Both the position numbers and the translations under genes were made by a program. From an uncultured Prevotella sp. (GTDB lineage Bacteria > Bacteroidota > Bacteroidia > Bacteroidales > Bacteroidaceae): 64,000 nt of DNA. The stretch spans positions 1,853 to 65,852 of the forward strand of contig CALZJQ010000002.1 in NCBI GenBank assembly GCA_945787895.1. The letters run 5' to 3'. This document shows, piece by piece, positions 1-8,334 of this stretch. The notes below the pieces were generated by a model. That model was given only the letters and a program-made list of their open reading frames with translations, searched no databases and had not been told where the DNA came from. Numbering within the stretch: the stretch's first letter is position 1; every line of letters begins with the position of its first letter.

Positions 1-57
1 TGCAGTCGAAAAGATAGAAAAAGGCTTACATAATCATTAATTAACAATCAAGGTGAT

Positions 58-549
58 ATGAAACATTTTATTCTATCTTTGGTCACAATGCTGACAGTGA
101 CGGTATCTGCCTCTGCGCAGTTTCAGGGCGATGAAGGTCAGCGTCCTCGTTTCAACAGGGAAGAGATGATAAAGTCCCGTACGGAAATGATGGTAAAGAA
201 ATATGGTCTCGATGCAGACCAGGCTGCCAAGCTGCAGGCTCTCAACGAAAGGCAGATGCCACAGATGAGAGGTATGCGCAACGCTCAGAGACAGGAAAAG
301 GCTGACAGCACTGCCCAGCGTCCCCGCAAGGAAGGAAAGAAGAGAGAGGAGCAGGGACAGCGTCGCGAGAGAGGTCAGCGCATGGGAGGCTTCGTCATGA
401 AAGCTTACAACGAAGAGCTTGAGAAAATCATGACTCCCGAGCAGTACAAGGCATATCAGGAGGATATGCAGAAGATGGGCGACCGCCAGCGTCCCGGACA
501 GGACAGACGCTGGAACCGCAGGAACGGAGGAGAAACTCCCGAAGAGTAA
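58..549 (+). CDS. Secreted DUF4890-like helical protein
   Basis: Signal peptide (…SASA/QFQ); RTEMMVKKYGLDADQAAKL and YNEELEKIMTPEQYKAY blocks with R/G/Q-rich linkers, typical of Bacteroidales DUF4890/Spy-like proteins. Confidence 0.75.
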   Translation: MKHFILSLVTMLTVTVSASAQFQGDEGQRPRFNREEMIKSRTEMMVKKYGLDADQAAKLQALNERQMPQMRGMRNAQRQEKADSTAQRPRKEGKKREEQGQRRERGQRMGGFVMKAYNEELEKIMTPEQYKAYQEDMQKMGDRQRPGQDRRWNRRNGGETPEE

Positions 550-653
550 AGCCGGCTGAGTTGCCTTAATAGTTTTGGGCATTCTAACAAGAATAGTATT
601 ATACATTTATCATAGGTTTGAATTTTAGTAATCTTAGTTTTTCGTCATGGGGT

Positions 654-689
654 GGTGGTCGTTGTGAAACGGTGACCACCTATTTTTTT
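654..689 (+). terminator. Intrinsic terminator after DUF4890 gene
   Basis: GGTGGTC…GACCACC stem around a GTGA-containing loop, followed by a T7 run. Confidence 0.7.
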
Positions 690-730
690 CTCCCCTTTTT
701 CCCTGACTTTTTTATCCTTTTTGAAATGCC

Positions 731-1528
731 CTATTTCAGCCTGTAGCTCACTCCTACAGTCCCGAAGATAGGGTACAGGGTCTGTTCGATAGTCTTGAAA
801 GAACTTCTGTGTACTCCCGTCACGCCCCATTGCAGGTCGGCATATAATCCCCAACGTTGACCGAACTGCCAGTCAGTTCCTGCCCCTATACCCAGTTGTA
901 TTCTTCTCATACTGTCGCTGAAGTCATACGTGCCGCGGCTATTCTCATCATTGCCTATCATAATTTTCTCCCCTGTGGGATTCATGTAGCGCAGGTATCC
1001 GTCATAGACGTACCCTTTGAAGGAGCGGGAATAGACGTAGGAGACATAAGGTCCGAGCCTTAATCTACATTTGCTTCCTGCGAGATACGCAGCTTGCAAA
1101 GGTACTGTAACCATCGCTTCCTCCACCTTAGTCACCAACCTTCCGGTATAGTGGCCTTCCAGTTCATCGCCTCCTTTCGTCATCACCATGTGGTAGTTCT
1201 TTACCGTAGCATCTACATTCATGCCCTTGTTGTCGATATGTATGCCGGTAAGTATTCCCCACGAGTCCGTCAGCAGATAATCCGCATCAATGCCGAGGGT
1301 AAAGTTTGGCTGCAGTTCATAATAGTTCATGCTGCGTATCGTGGCTGGCATACCTATAGGAGCCGTCCCCCCGACATTCATTCCCAGACGTGCGGTGTAG
1401 TTCCATGCCTTGCGTGATGACTGCACAGAGTCTGTTGACGCATTCATCTCACTGGCATCCGACGGTAAGACAACTGTCATCAGGAGGGAAAGCATAAATG
1501 ATATTTTCGTCATTGATTTACTACTCAT
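731..1528 (-). CDS. Outer-membrane beta-barrel (PorT/porin-family) protein
   Basis: Signal peptide, amphipathic strands (YTARLGMNVGGTAPIGMP, GLYADLQWG), C-terminal YPIFGTVGVSYRLK. Confidence 0.8.
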   Translation of the reverse strand: MSSKSMTKISFMLSLLMTVVLPSDASEMNASTDSVQSSRKAWNYTARLGMNVGGTAPIGMPATIRSMNYYELQPNFTLGIDADYLLTDSWGILTGIHIDNKGMNVDATVKNYHMVMTKGGDELEGHYTGRLVTKVEEAMVTVPLQAAYLAGSKCRLRLGPYVSYVYSRSFKGYVYDGYLRYMNPTGEKIMIGNDENSRGTYDFSDSMRRIQLGIGAGTDWQFGQRWGLYADLQWGVTGVHRSSFKTIEQTLYPIFGTVGVSYRLK

Positions 1529-1612
1529 GAGTTCTTTTTTTCGGTTTTAAGTTGTTTCTGTCTTGTTGATTAGCTGTACAGTTGTTTCTCTTCGGTTTTG
1601 CGGTTTTATTTT

Positions 1613-1711
1613 TGTGGTTTGGTTGTTTTGTTGTTTAGTTGATAGCTTTTCTCATTTGCGAAGACAAACAACAAAATAACAAGACAACTAAACAACAAAC
1701 CGACAACTATG
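1613..1711. repeat. Family A octamer-armed palindromic element
   Basis: GTTGTTTT/GTTGTTTA-type arms around core GTTGATAGCTTTTCTCATTTGCGAAGACAAAC (1638-1669), the exact reverse complement of 18465-18496. Confidence 0.85.
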
Positions 1712-1713
1712 AA

Positions 1714-2919
1714 CTACCTCACTGAAAATGCAGCCAGCTCCGTTTCGCACGTGAGAGTCAGTTCATCTACGCAGAGCGTGCTTCCTATTGCGCCCTGGAA
1801 GTATGCTCCGTCAATACTTGAAGAACAGACTATCGTAAGATTGTACCCAAACTCAGAAAGGAGCGTGTAATCGACATCCTTTCCCCTGTAATCAAAATCC
1901 GCCGAGAAATGCGTCCATCCGTCAGTGGCTTCAATATTGTTCACTACAGCCTTTGCCACGATATACCGACTTGTCAGCACGTCGTCGCCATAGAGAGTGA
2001 CCGGATGCCCCACCTCATCAGTGTTGCGATACAGGACGGCATATATCGTCCCGGCATCCCGTTTCCCCTGCACTGCGGAGCCGTCCTGATTCTGGAAAAC
2101 ATCTCCCGACCTGTATTTATACCACCCGCTTAGAGACAATGGTTTCTTGTCAAAACGAATGCCGAACCGAGTAGCCCGCATGGCATCCTTGAGAGCATTG
2201 GTCTGGTCGAAAGAGCCGAGGAAGATGTTCCCTGCAGCTATCCGCTTGTTGACAGCCTGCGCCAAGGGTCCCGTCTTCCTCGTGACAAGCTGCACCCCAT
2301 GCCCCGAATAACCCTGTTCGAGTGGCGTGGTAGGAAACTCTTCAGGTCTGGCAGAAAAGTTGCTGAGCCTGAATCCCCCATTGCCGCTTGCCCATATCTC
2401 CTCCCTGTCCTTGTCGTTGAGCATCTCATGCCATGTGTAGTATTTTGCCGTACTGTTCGGCACTTCATACAGGTCGAAATGTTCAAAGCGATAGTTGATG
2501 ATGTCACGTGATGTGCGCCTCTGCTCCTGCACAGCCACACGGTACGTGCGTTGCCATTCCTTATCCTGCGACGTGACAGTATAGGTTATCGTATCGTCGC
2601 TAAAGTCGTGAGTGCTGCCATTCTGAGGGAAGATGGCAGCTCCGGGCGTGAGCTTGAAAAGGGGAGCGAGCCGGCTGCAGTCAGTGCCAGGCCTCACCTT
2701 GAACACGATAAGGTCTCTGTTGACCAACGCACTGTCCTCATGTATAGTATCGTTGAGGCTCCAGACACACTCCAACGGATTGTCAAAGTGTATCCATGCC
2801 TTTTCTATGTCACACTCAGCATTATCCGGCTCATCCTTGAAGCATGAGCCAAGCATCATTGCAGTGATTGCGGCAAACAATAACAATCCAGTCTTTCGTT
2901 TCAGCAGTCTTTCAGTCAT
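1714..2919 (-). CDS. PCMD (putative carbohydrate metabolism domain) lipoprotein
   Basis: Start MTERL lies downstream of a TATCTTTG promoter (2962-2969); lipobox LGSC; WASGNGGF, IAAGNIFLGSF, SSSIDGAYFQGAIGSTLCVDEL motifs. Confidence 0.85.
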   Translation of the reverse strand: MTERLLKRKTGLLLFAAITAMMLGSCFKDEPDNAECDIEKAWIHFDNPLECVWSLNDTIHEDSALVNRDLIVFKVRPGTDCSRLAPLFKLTPGAAIFPQNGSTHDFSDDTITYTVTSQDKEWQRTYRVAVQEQRRTSRDIINYRFEHFDLYEVPNSTAKYYTWHEMLNDKDREEIWASGNGGFRLSNFSARPEEFPTTPLEQGYSGHGVQLVTRKTGPLAQAVNKRIAAGNIFLGSFDQTNALKDAMRATRFGIRFDKKPLSLSGWYKYRSGDVFQNQDGSAVQGKRDAGTIYAVLYRNTDEVGHPVTLYGDDVLTSRYIVAKAVVNNIEATDGWTHFSADFDYRGKDVDYTLLSEFGYNLTIVCSSSIDGAYFQGAIGSTLCVDELTLTCETELAAFSVR

Positions 2920-3084
2920 AATAATCCAGTCATTAAAAAAACAACCCTTCCTTGCCCCATGCAAAGATATGAAAAAACTGCAATGTACAGTCTTTTTTTT
3001 CACGAACTTTCCGTTTTTTTTACCTTTCCTTACAAGTCCGAAGACAATCATTTTGTCCTATACTTCAATCCAAATCATCACCCA

Positions 3085-3211
3085 CGTAACACACTATTAG
3101 TCAATAAAATACAAAAAGCATTGAGATTGCACGGCAAAAGCATAGCTTTTACCCCGCAATCTCAACGCTTTCGCCCTGCAATCTCAACGCTTTTGTATCG
3201 CAATCTCAATG
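3085..3211. repeat. 22-bp-periodic repeat element
   Basis: GCAATCTCAA at 3156, 3178 and 3200, GCAAAAGCATAGCTTT at 3134; inverted CATTGAGATTGC at 3119-3130. Confidence 0.75.
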
Positions 3212-3364
3212 AGAATGATTTTGTCCTATAGGACAGTCAGTACAATCCCGGATTTCTCTTTCTCAAATAAGACAGAGTAAGACTTGCATACAAGTCAATC
3301 GGGGAAGCCTGCTTTTATGTACGACCTTTATGATTTCGTACAGATCAGTTCATTTACAGACAAC

Positions 3365-3402
3365 AAAAAAAAGATATAGCCACTGATGTTTGCGACTATA
3401 TC
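3365..3402 (-). terminator. Intrinsic terminator after GH31 pseudogene
   Basis: GATATAG/CTATATC stem followed by T8 on the minus strand. Confidence 0.55.
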
Positions 3403-3456
3403 CTCTTACTACTGAGCCTGCCATCATCGCAGGGCGATTTCCTGTCAGCATAATAG

Positions 3457-4194
3457 TTACTGTAGCGGCGTGGCATTGGACGGACGGGGGATGACGATGC
3501 TCGTCTTCCTTCCGTCATACTCCACTACTGCATCCGCCACTGACGTGACGCCGATGCCTGCTCCCCAGCCTTCGCCGACGATTACGATGTCGAGACGGCG
3601 GATGTCGGTCATGGCTGGATAACAGCCCTTGCGATCGCTCACGGTCGTCCCACGTGAGGGTGAAGGTGGAACAGACGCCTTTCTCATAGCCGTAGCCGTC
3701 ACCCTCATCCTCATCCTCATAAACGGTGAACTCGCAGTCGGCTCCCAGATAGACCCTTATCTCCCACGGGGCATCGGGTTTCTCTGAGGAATATTGCTGG
3801 AAGTGTCCCATGGGGATGACCGCCCCTGCACGGACAAAGATGGGGATGGTGGCTTTCAGGTTGTGCTGATAGAGATACTGCATCGTGCCGCGCAGGTTCA
3901 TGTGGCCTTCCTGATGCGAACCGAGTCCGTAGAGAGCCTCACCTTCCCGCCTCACGAAATGCTGGCGGGCTTTCCATGCCGAGCCGACTGTCTGGCATGA
4001 AGCAACCTCGCTCACCATAAGGTCTCCGTTGGCTGTCTTTTCCACCTTGGTGTTGCTGTCGTCATAGACAGTCCTGCGTCTCCCTTGTCAAGGACGACTC
4101 CACTTTTCTCCTTCTTCACATTCCATCCTGTTTCCTTGGAATACATGCACTGTGTCACGACCAGAAGAGCAAGAGTAATAAATAGTTTGGTCAT
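3457..4194 (-). pseudogene. Collapsed GH31 alpha-xylosidase/glucosidase gene (catalytic domain deleted, frameshifted)
   Basis: Three overlapping ORFs carry a signal peptide, the GH31 N-terminal motif EALYGLGSHQEGHMNLRG…YQHNLKA, and the C-terminal DUF5110-type IPIFVRAGAVIPMG…YEDEGDGYGYEKG…WDD; about 740 bp in total. Confidence 0.8.
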
Positions 4195-4200
4195 AAGAAA

Positions 4201-4302
4201 TGTTGTCTTGTCGTTTAGTTGTCTTGTTGTTTAGTTGTTTGGTTGTTTGTCTGCTCAATAGAGTCGAATGCTATCAACAAAACCACTAAACAACAAATCA
4301 AC
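4201..4302. repeat. Family A octamer-armed palindromic element (second core subtype)
   Basis: Core GTTTGTCTGCTCAATAGAGTCGAATGCTATCAAC (4245-4278), related in reverse to 37952-37985. Confidence 0.85.
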
Positions 4303-4494
4303 ATGGAGTCGCAAAGTCAGATAAAAACTACTGAAACTCATAAGAAATGTCGATATTTTTTTTCTTGACGAGTATGAAAAACGCAACATTGGCAGGTGTC
4401 TTCCATCTTTGTCTCGATATTTCCCACCGGTGTCCGTGAAAACCGACACATGACGGAGGCACCGGAAAAGCGTCGCACATCTTGACTCTGACAC

Positions 4495-4530
4495 AAAAAA
4501 AACTCCCAAACCTCAGAGCGGGTTTGGGAG
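4495..4530 (-). terminator. Intrinsic terminator of TetR-fabG
   Basis: 10-bp CTCCCAAACC/GGTTTGGGAG stem followed by T8 on the minus strand. Confidence 0.85.
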
Positions 4531-4554
4531 CATCTGTCATGATACTGACGGACA

Positions 4555-5313
4555 TTACATATTCATGCCGCCGTCTATCTGGATTACCTGGCCGGTAACG
4601 TAGCTTGACATGTCGGAAGCGAGGAAGAGACATACGTTGGCGATGTCCTCTACCTGACCGCCACGGCGGAGAGGTATCTTCTTCATCCAGTCAGCACGCA
4701 CCTCTTCCGGAAGCTGTGCAGTCATAGCAGTCTCGATAAAGCCCGGTGCCACGGCATTTGCGCGCACTCCCTTGGGACCCAACTCCTGAGCTATGGACTT
4801 GGCAAGGCCTATCATGCCTGCCTTGGATGCTGAGTAATTACACTGACCTGCATTGCCGTGAACTCCCACTACGCTCGACATATTGATGATAGAGCCTCCA
4901 CGCTGACGGAGCATGATAGGAGCACAGGCATGGATAAAGTTGAATGCAGACTTGAGGTTTACGTTCAGCACAGCATCCCACTGAGCCTCACTCATGCGGA
5001 GCATCAGTCCGTCCTTGGTGATGCCTGCATTGTTGACAAGGACGTCAATAGTGCCGAAATCTTCCTTGATCCTGGCAACCACTGCTTCCGTCTCGGCAAA
5101 GTCAGCGGCATTGCCTGCATAGGCATTGCATTTTACTCCGAGAGCCTCTATTTCCTTTCGTGTAGCCTCAAGACCAGCTGCCATCTCATCGTTGAGTACG
5201 AGGTCCGTGAAAGCGATGTTTGCTCCTTCCTGAGCAAACTTCATGGCAACAGCCTTGCCGATGCCACGTGCAGCACCTGTTACGAGTGCTGTCTTACCTG
5301 ATAATAATCCCAT
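4555..5313 (-). CDS. fabG: 3-oxoacyl-ACP reductase
   Basis: TGAARGIG, NNAGITKD, NYSASKAG, VTGQVIQIDGGM; start MGLLSGK, since the upstream ORF extension is translated repeat. Confidence 0.95.
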   Translation of the reverse strand: MGLLSGKTALVTGAARGIGKAVAMKFAQEGANIAFTDLVLNDEMAAGLEATRKEIEALGVKCNAYAGNAADFAETEAVVARIKEDFGTIDVLVNNAGITKDGLMLRMSEAQWDAVLNVNLKSAFNFIHACAPIMLRQRGGSIINMSSVVGVHGNAGQCNYSASKAGMIGLAKSIAQELGPKGVRANAVAPGFIETAMTAQLPEEVRADWMKKIPLRRGGQVEDIANVCLFLASDMSSYVTGQVIQIDGGMNM

Positions 5314-5324
5314 TGTATTTATAT

Positions 5325-5446
5325 TTTGTTGTCTTGTTGTTTTGTTGTCTTGTTGTTTTGTTGTCTTGTTATTTAGTTGTTTGCCGTCGCATATGGGAAA
5401 AGCTATCAACAAAACCACTAAACAACAATTTTCGACCAAACAACAA
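5325..5446. repeat. Family A octamer-armed palindromic element
   Basis: About seven GTTGT(C/T)TT units, core GTTTGCCGTCGCATATGGGAAAAGCTATCAAC (5379-5410), AAACAAC arm; fills the TetR-fabG junction. Confidence 0.85.
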
Positions 5447-5448
5447 TC

Positions 5449-6042
5449 TCAATTCTGCACCATCTTACCCAGAGCGCCATAGACGAACTTACGCACAAGC
5501 GGTTTGCTCGTCTCGTCGGTAAGTCCATGCCCGAGCCGACCATATATATAAGGTACTTCGAGCCCCTTGATGCAGTAGTGGGTGATTTCCGCCACGAGAT
5601 TTACGTTCTCTATGTCAAACTCTCCATACTGCTTTCCGTTTTCATACACCTTGCGGAAGATGGCTATCTCGTCGGCATCAAATTTCTTGCGGACTTTCTC
5701 CACCATCCATATATTGCGGAAGAACTCTGCACGCAGGTTGCCGTTCCTCACCACCGTCTCCCTTATCATGCTGAGATGAGTGTAGATGAGCTCGATTATC
5801 TTGTCCTGCGGACGTATCTTCCGAGCCGCCACCTCGTCAAGTTTTTCTGACAGACGTTCCAGTTCCGATTCGATGACCGCAGAGTAAATGTCCTCCTTCT
5901 TGCTGAAGTAGGTATATAGCGTGCGCCTGCCCTTTCCTGAAGCTACGGCAATGTCATTCATCGTAGTTCCCTCCAATCCTTTCTTGGCAAAGAGCTGGCG
6001 GGCTACATCTACAAACGTGCGTTCTGTTTTGCTTATTGACAT
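5449..6042 (-). CDS. TetR/AcrR family transcriptional regulator
   Basis: ARQLFAKKGLEGTTMNDIAVASGKGRRTLYTYF helix-turn-helix. Confidence 0.93.
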   Translation of the reverse strand: MSISKTERTFVDVARQLFAKKGLEGTTMNDIAVASGKGRRTLYTYFSKKEDIYSAVIESELERLSEKLDEVAARKIRPQDKIIELIYTHLSMIRETVVRNGNLRAEFFRNIWMVEKVRKKFDADEIAIFRKVYENGKQYGEFDIENVNLVAEITHYCIKGLEVPYIYGRLGHGLTDETSKPLVRKFVYGALGKMVQN

Positions 6043-6200
6043 GGTTGGTTGTGGGGTTGTAGTACCTGGTTTTGAGTTGTTGGTTGGTTTGCTTTTCTAA
6101 TGGAGGTTTCTCAAGGGGTGAGTCTAACTAACCTAAAACCAAAAACCTCAAACCATATAAACGTTGTTTTGTCGTTTTGTCGTTTTGCTGTTTTGTTGTT
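6043..6200. repeat. Family C heptamer-armed palindromic element plus a family A half arm
   Basis: GGTTGGT/GGTTGTG/GGTTTTG left arm, central spacer, AACCTAA/AACCAAA right arm, then GTCGTTTT octamers. Confidence 0.65.
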
Positions 6201-6202
6201 CA

Positions 6203-6255
6203 GCACATTAGTGTAACGGTGTGCAAAGTTAGAAAAAATAAACAAACTAAGCAAA
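6203..6255 (-). promoter_or_regulatory. Bacteroidota sigma-A promoter of TetR-fabG with a possible overlapping operator
   Basis: TAACTTTG (-7, 6224-6231), TTTG (-33, 6252-6255); GCACA-N12-TGTGC palindrome at 6203-6224. Confidence 0.65.
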
Positions 6256-6322
6256 TAAGTTGGTGAATTATTGACTAAAAACAAGAAAAATCGGACGCAA
6301 CGTCAAAAAATGCGCAAAAAGA

Positions 6323-6354
6323 TTTGGCAGTTTCAAATAAAAGCAGTACCTTTG
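6323..6354 (+). promoter_or_regulatory. Bacteroidota promoter for tRNA-fMet
   Basis: TTTG(-33)…TACCTTTG(-7); TACCTTTGCATCCGCATT is identical upstream of tRNA-Ser. Confidence 0.8.
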
Positions 6355-6396
6355 CATCCGCATTTGAGAATTTTCTCATAGTTTTTATGGTAATAT

Positions 6397-6469
6397 CGCG
6401 GAGTGGAGCAGTTGGTAGCTCGCCAGGCTCATAACCTGGAGGTCGTTCGTTCGAGTCGAGCCTCCGCAA
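6397..6469 (+). tRNA. tRNA-fMet (CAT, initiator)
   Basis: Cloverleaf; C1:A72 mismatch (CGCGGAG/CTCCGCA); anticodon loop CTCATAA; TTCGAGT T-loop; no encoded CCA. Confidence 0.95.
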
Positions 6470-6478
6470 CAAAATCAG

Positions 6479-6514
6479 AATCCGAAATATCTTTCACAGA
6501 TGTTTCGGATTTTT
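6479..6514 (+). terminator. Terminator after tRNA-fMet
   Basis: AATCCGAAATATCT/AGATGTTTCGGATT stem followed by a T run. Confidence 0.7.
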
Positions 6515-6553
6515 CCATTCCAGTCACTCGGAAGTACCATAAACTACCCACAT

Positions 6554-7351
6554 CTACCCCTTTCCAAGAAACAAGTCACAGGCAGTCTTGGTGGTGACTT
6601 CTGCAAGATAATTCCCATCCACCTGATATGCTTCTGCCAGCCTCTGTATGATGAAAGGTATGAATGAAGGCTCGTTTCGTTTTCCACGATGCGGCACGGG
6701 AGCCATATACGGAGAGTCTGTCTCAATTACAATGCGACTGAGAGGTACAGAAGCGGCAAGGTCTTCCGCAAGGTGACTTTTCTTGAACGTGCAGACACCT
6801 CCTATACCAAGGACGAAGCCTTCAAACTGCAAGAGTTCCTCAGCTTCGCGGCTATTGCCCGTAAAACAATGGAACACGCCTCCCGGCAAGTCCTTGGCAT
6901 AACCGCGGAGTATCCTGACCATTTCATTCTGAGCTTTCCTGCAATGTATCATCAACGGCAGACGGGTCTCTATACTCCATTCCACCTGCCTCTCGAAGGC
7001 TTTCATCTGCTCTATTTCATATTCACGTGACCAGTAATAGTCGAGTCCCACCTCGCCTATCGCTATCCATGGGCTCTGCTCCTGCGACCTGTCTTCCTGC
7101 AGTACAGCATACATTCGCCGAAGCACTTCCTCATAATCCTCCCTTACTTCCTCGGGATGGAGCCCTATCATGGGCAGGATGTATCCGGGATAGCGTGAGC
7201 AGACTTCTCTCATCGTGGCAATGGAGCCCCAGTTGATTCCCGGCACAAAGAGTCTTTCCGCACCCGTTTCCTTTGCTCTTTTTACCACCTCGTCAAGGTC
7301 TTCCCTAAACTCTTCTCCGTCAATATGTGTATGGGTATCGATATATATCAT
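6554..7351 (-). CDS. tatD: TatD family deoxyribonuclease
   Basis: DTHTH, GLHP, AIGEVGLDY, IHCR, HCFTG, ETDSPY motifs. Confidence 0.93.
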   Translation of the reverse strand: MIYIDTHTHIDGEEFREDLDEVVKRAKETGAERLFVPGINWGSIATMREVCSRYPGYILPMIGLHPEEVREDYEEVLRRMYAVLQEDRSQEQSPWIAIGEVGLDYYWSREYEIEQMKAFERQVEWSIETRLPLMIHCRKAQNEMVRILRGYAKDLPGGVFHCFTGNSREAEELLQFEGFVLGIGGVCTFKKSHLAEDLAASVPLSRIVIETDSPYMAPVPHRGKRNEPSFIPFIIQRLAEAYQVDGNYLAEVTTKTACDLFLGKG

Positions 7352-7364
7352 GGGGATAGCAATA

Positions 7365-8321
7365 TTATTTGTCCCTTTTCATCATTTTTGCAGCATAATC
7401 ACGTAGTGCTGACTTCCTTTCTTCTTCTACTGTGACCCTATCAAGAGCCACAAGAGCCTCGGCATAGTACTCCTCCATCTTTGCCTTTGCCATATCTCCG
7501 ATACCCAGTCTGTCATAGACAGCAGTGACGGCAGCCACCTTTTCATTACGGTCAAACTCCTTTGCGTCAATCCATCGCAAGAGAGTCTCACGGTCTTCTC
7601 CTTCTGCCTTGTTGATGGCATTTATGAGCATATATGTCTTTTTGTTGCTCACAATATCTCCACCGATTGCCTTTCCGAATACCTTAGGGTCTCCATAGAC
7701 GTCAAGGTAGTCGTCCTGCAACTGGAAGGCGAGACCCATCTGTTCACCGAAACGATAGAGATTGTCGATGTCCTCCTGCGGAGCATCTGCCATCAATGCC
7801 CCTATCTTCATCGCACAGGCAAGGAGCACGCTCGTCTTCAGGCGTATCATCTCTATGTATTCATCTTCACGCACATCGTCACGCGTCTCAAACTCCATGT
7901 CGTATTGCTGCCCCTCGCCTATCTCGAGTGCAGTAGTGGTAAAGACATCAAGCACGGCAGGAAGGTTTTCTACAGGGCATTCCTGCATCCGCTGATATGC
8001 AAGCACGAGCATGGAGTCTCCCGAAAGGATTGCTGTATTGGCATCCCACTTCCTGTGTACGGTAGGCATTCCGCGCCTCACGTCAGCATTATCCATAAGG
8101 TCATCATGCAGAAGCGTGTAGTTATGATAAGTCTCGAGTCCTATTGCCTGTGGCAGGATACGTTCCACATCGTCCCTGTACAAGGCGTATGACATAAGCA
8201 TGAGCATCGGACGGATGCGTTTTCCTCCGAGCGAAAGTACGTATTTTACTGGTTCGTAGAGCGACTCCGGCTTGCGGTTGTAAGGTAAAGAGTCGATGTA
8301 ATTCTGGATTAATGTAAGCAT
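7365..8321 (-). CDS. Polyprenyl synthetase (IspA/GGPP synthase type)
   Basis: GGKRIRP, LLHDDLMD…RRG, GQQYD, KTSVL, FQLQDDYLD. Confidence 0.93.
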   Translation of the reverse strand: MLTLIQNYIDSLPYNRKPESLYEPVKYVLSLGGKRIRPMLMLMSYALYRDDVERILPQAIGLETYHNYTLLHDDLMDNADVRRGMPTVHRKWDANTAILSGDSMLVLAYQRMQECPVENLPAVLDVFTTTALEIGEGQQYDMEFETRDDVREDEYIEMIRLKTSVLLACAMKIGALMADAPQEDIDNLYRFGEQMGLAFQLQDDYLDVYGDPKVFGKAIGGDIVSNKKTYMLINAINKAEGEDRETLLRWIDAKEFDRNEKVAAVTAVYDRLGIGDMAKAKMEEYYAEALVALDRVTVEEERKSALRDYAAKMMKRDK

Positions 8322-8334
8322 GAGTATAGTTTTT

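Noticed and set aside
4390-4470. Possible riboswitch upstream of the GH31 pseudogene
   Set aside because: One imperfect hairpin (CCGGTG…CACCGG) without recognisable cobalamin, TPP or SAM consensus elements.
5314-5439. N-terminal ORF extensions on fabG (likewise PCMD, porQ, ispH, ilvE, xseA, TlpA, AAA)
   Set aside because: They translate repeat arms or run through promoter boxes; better starts lie downstream.
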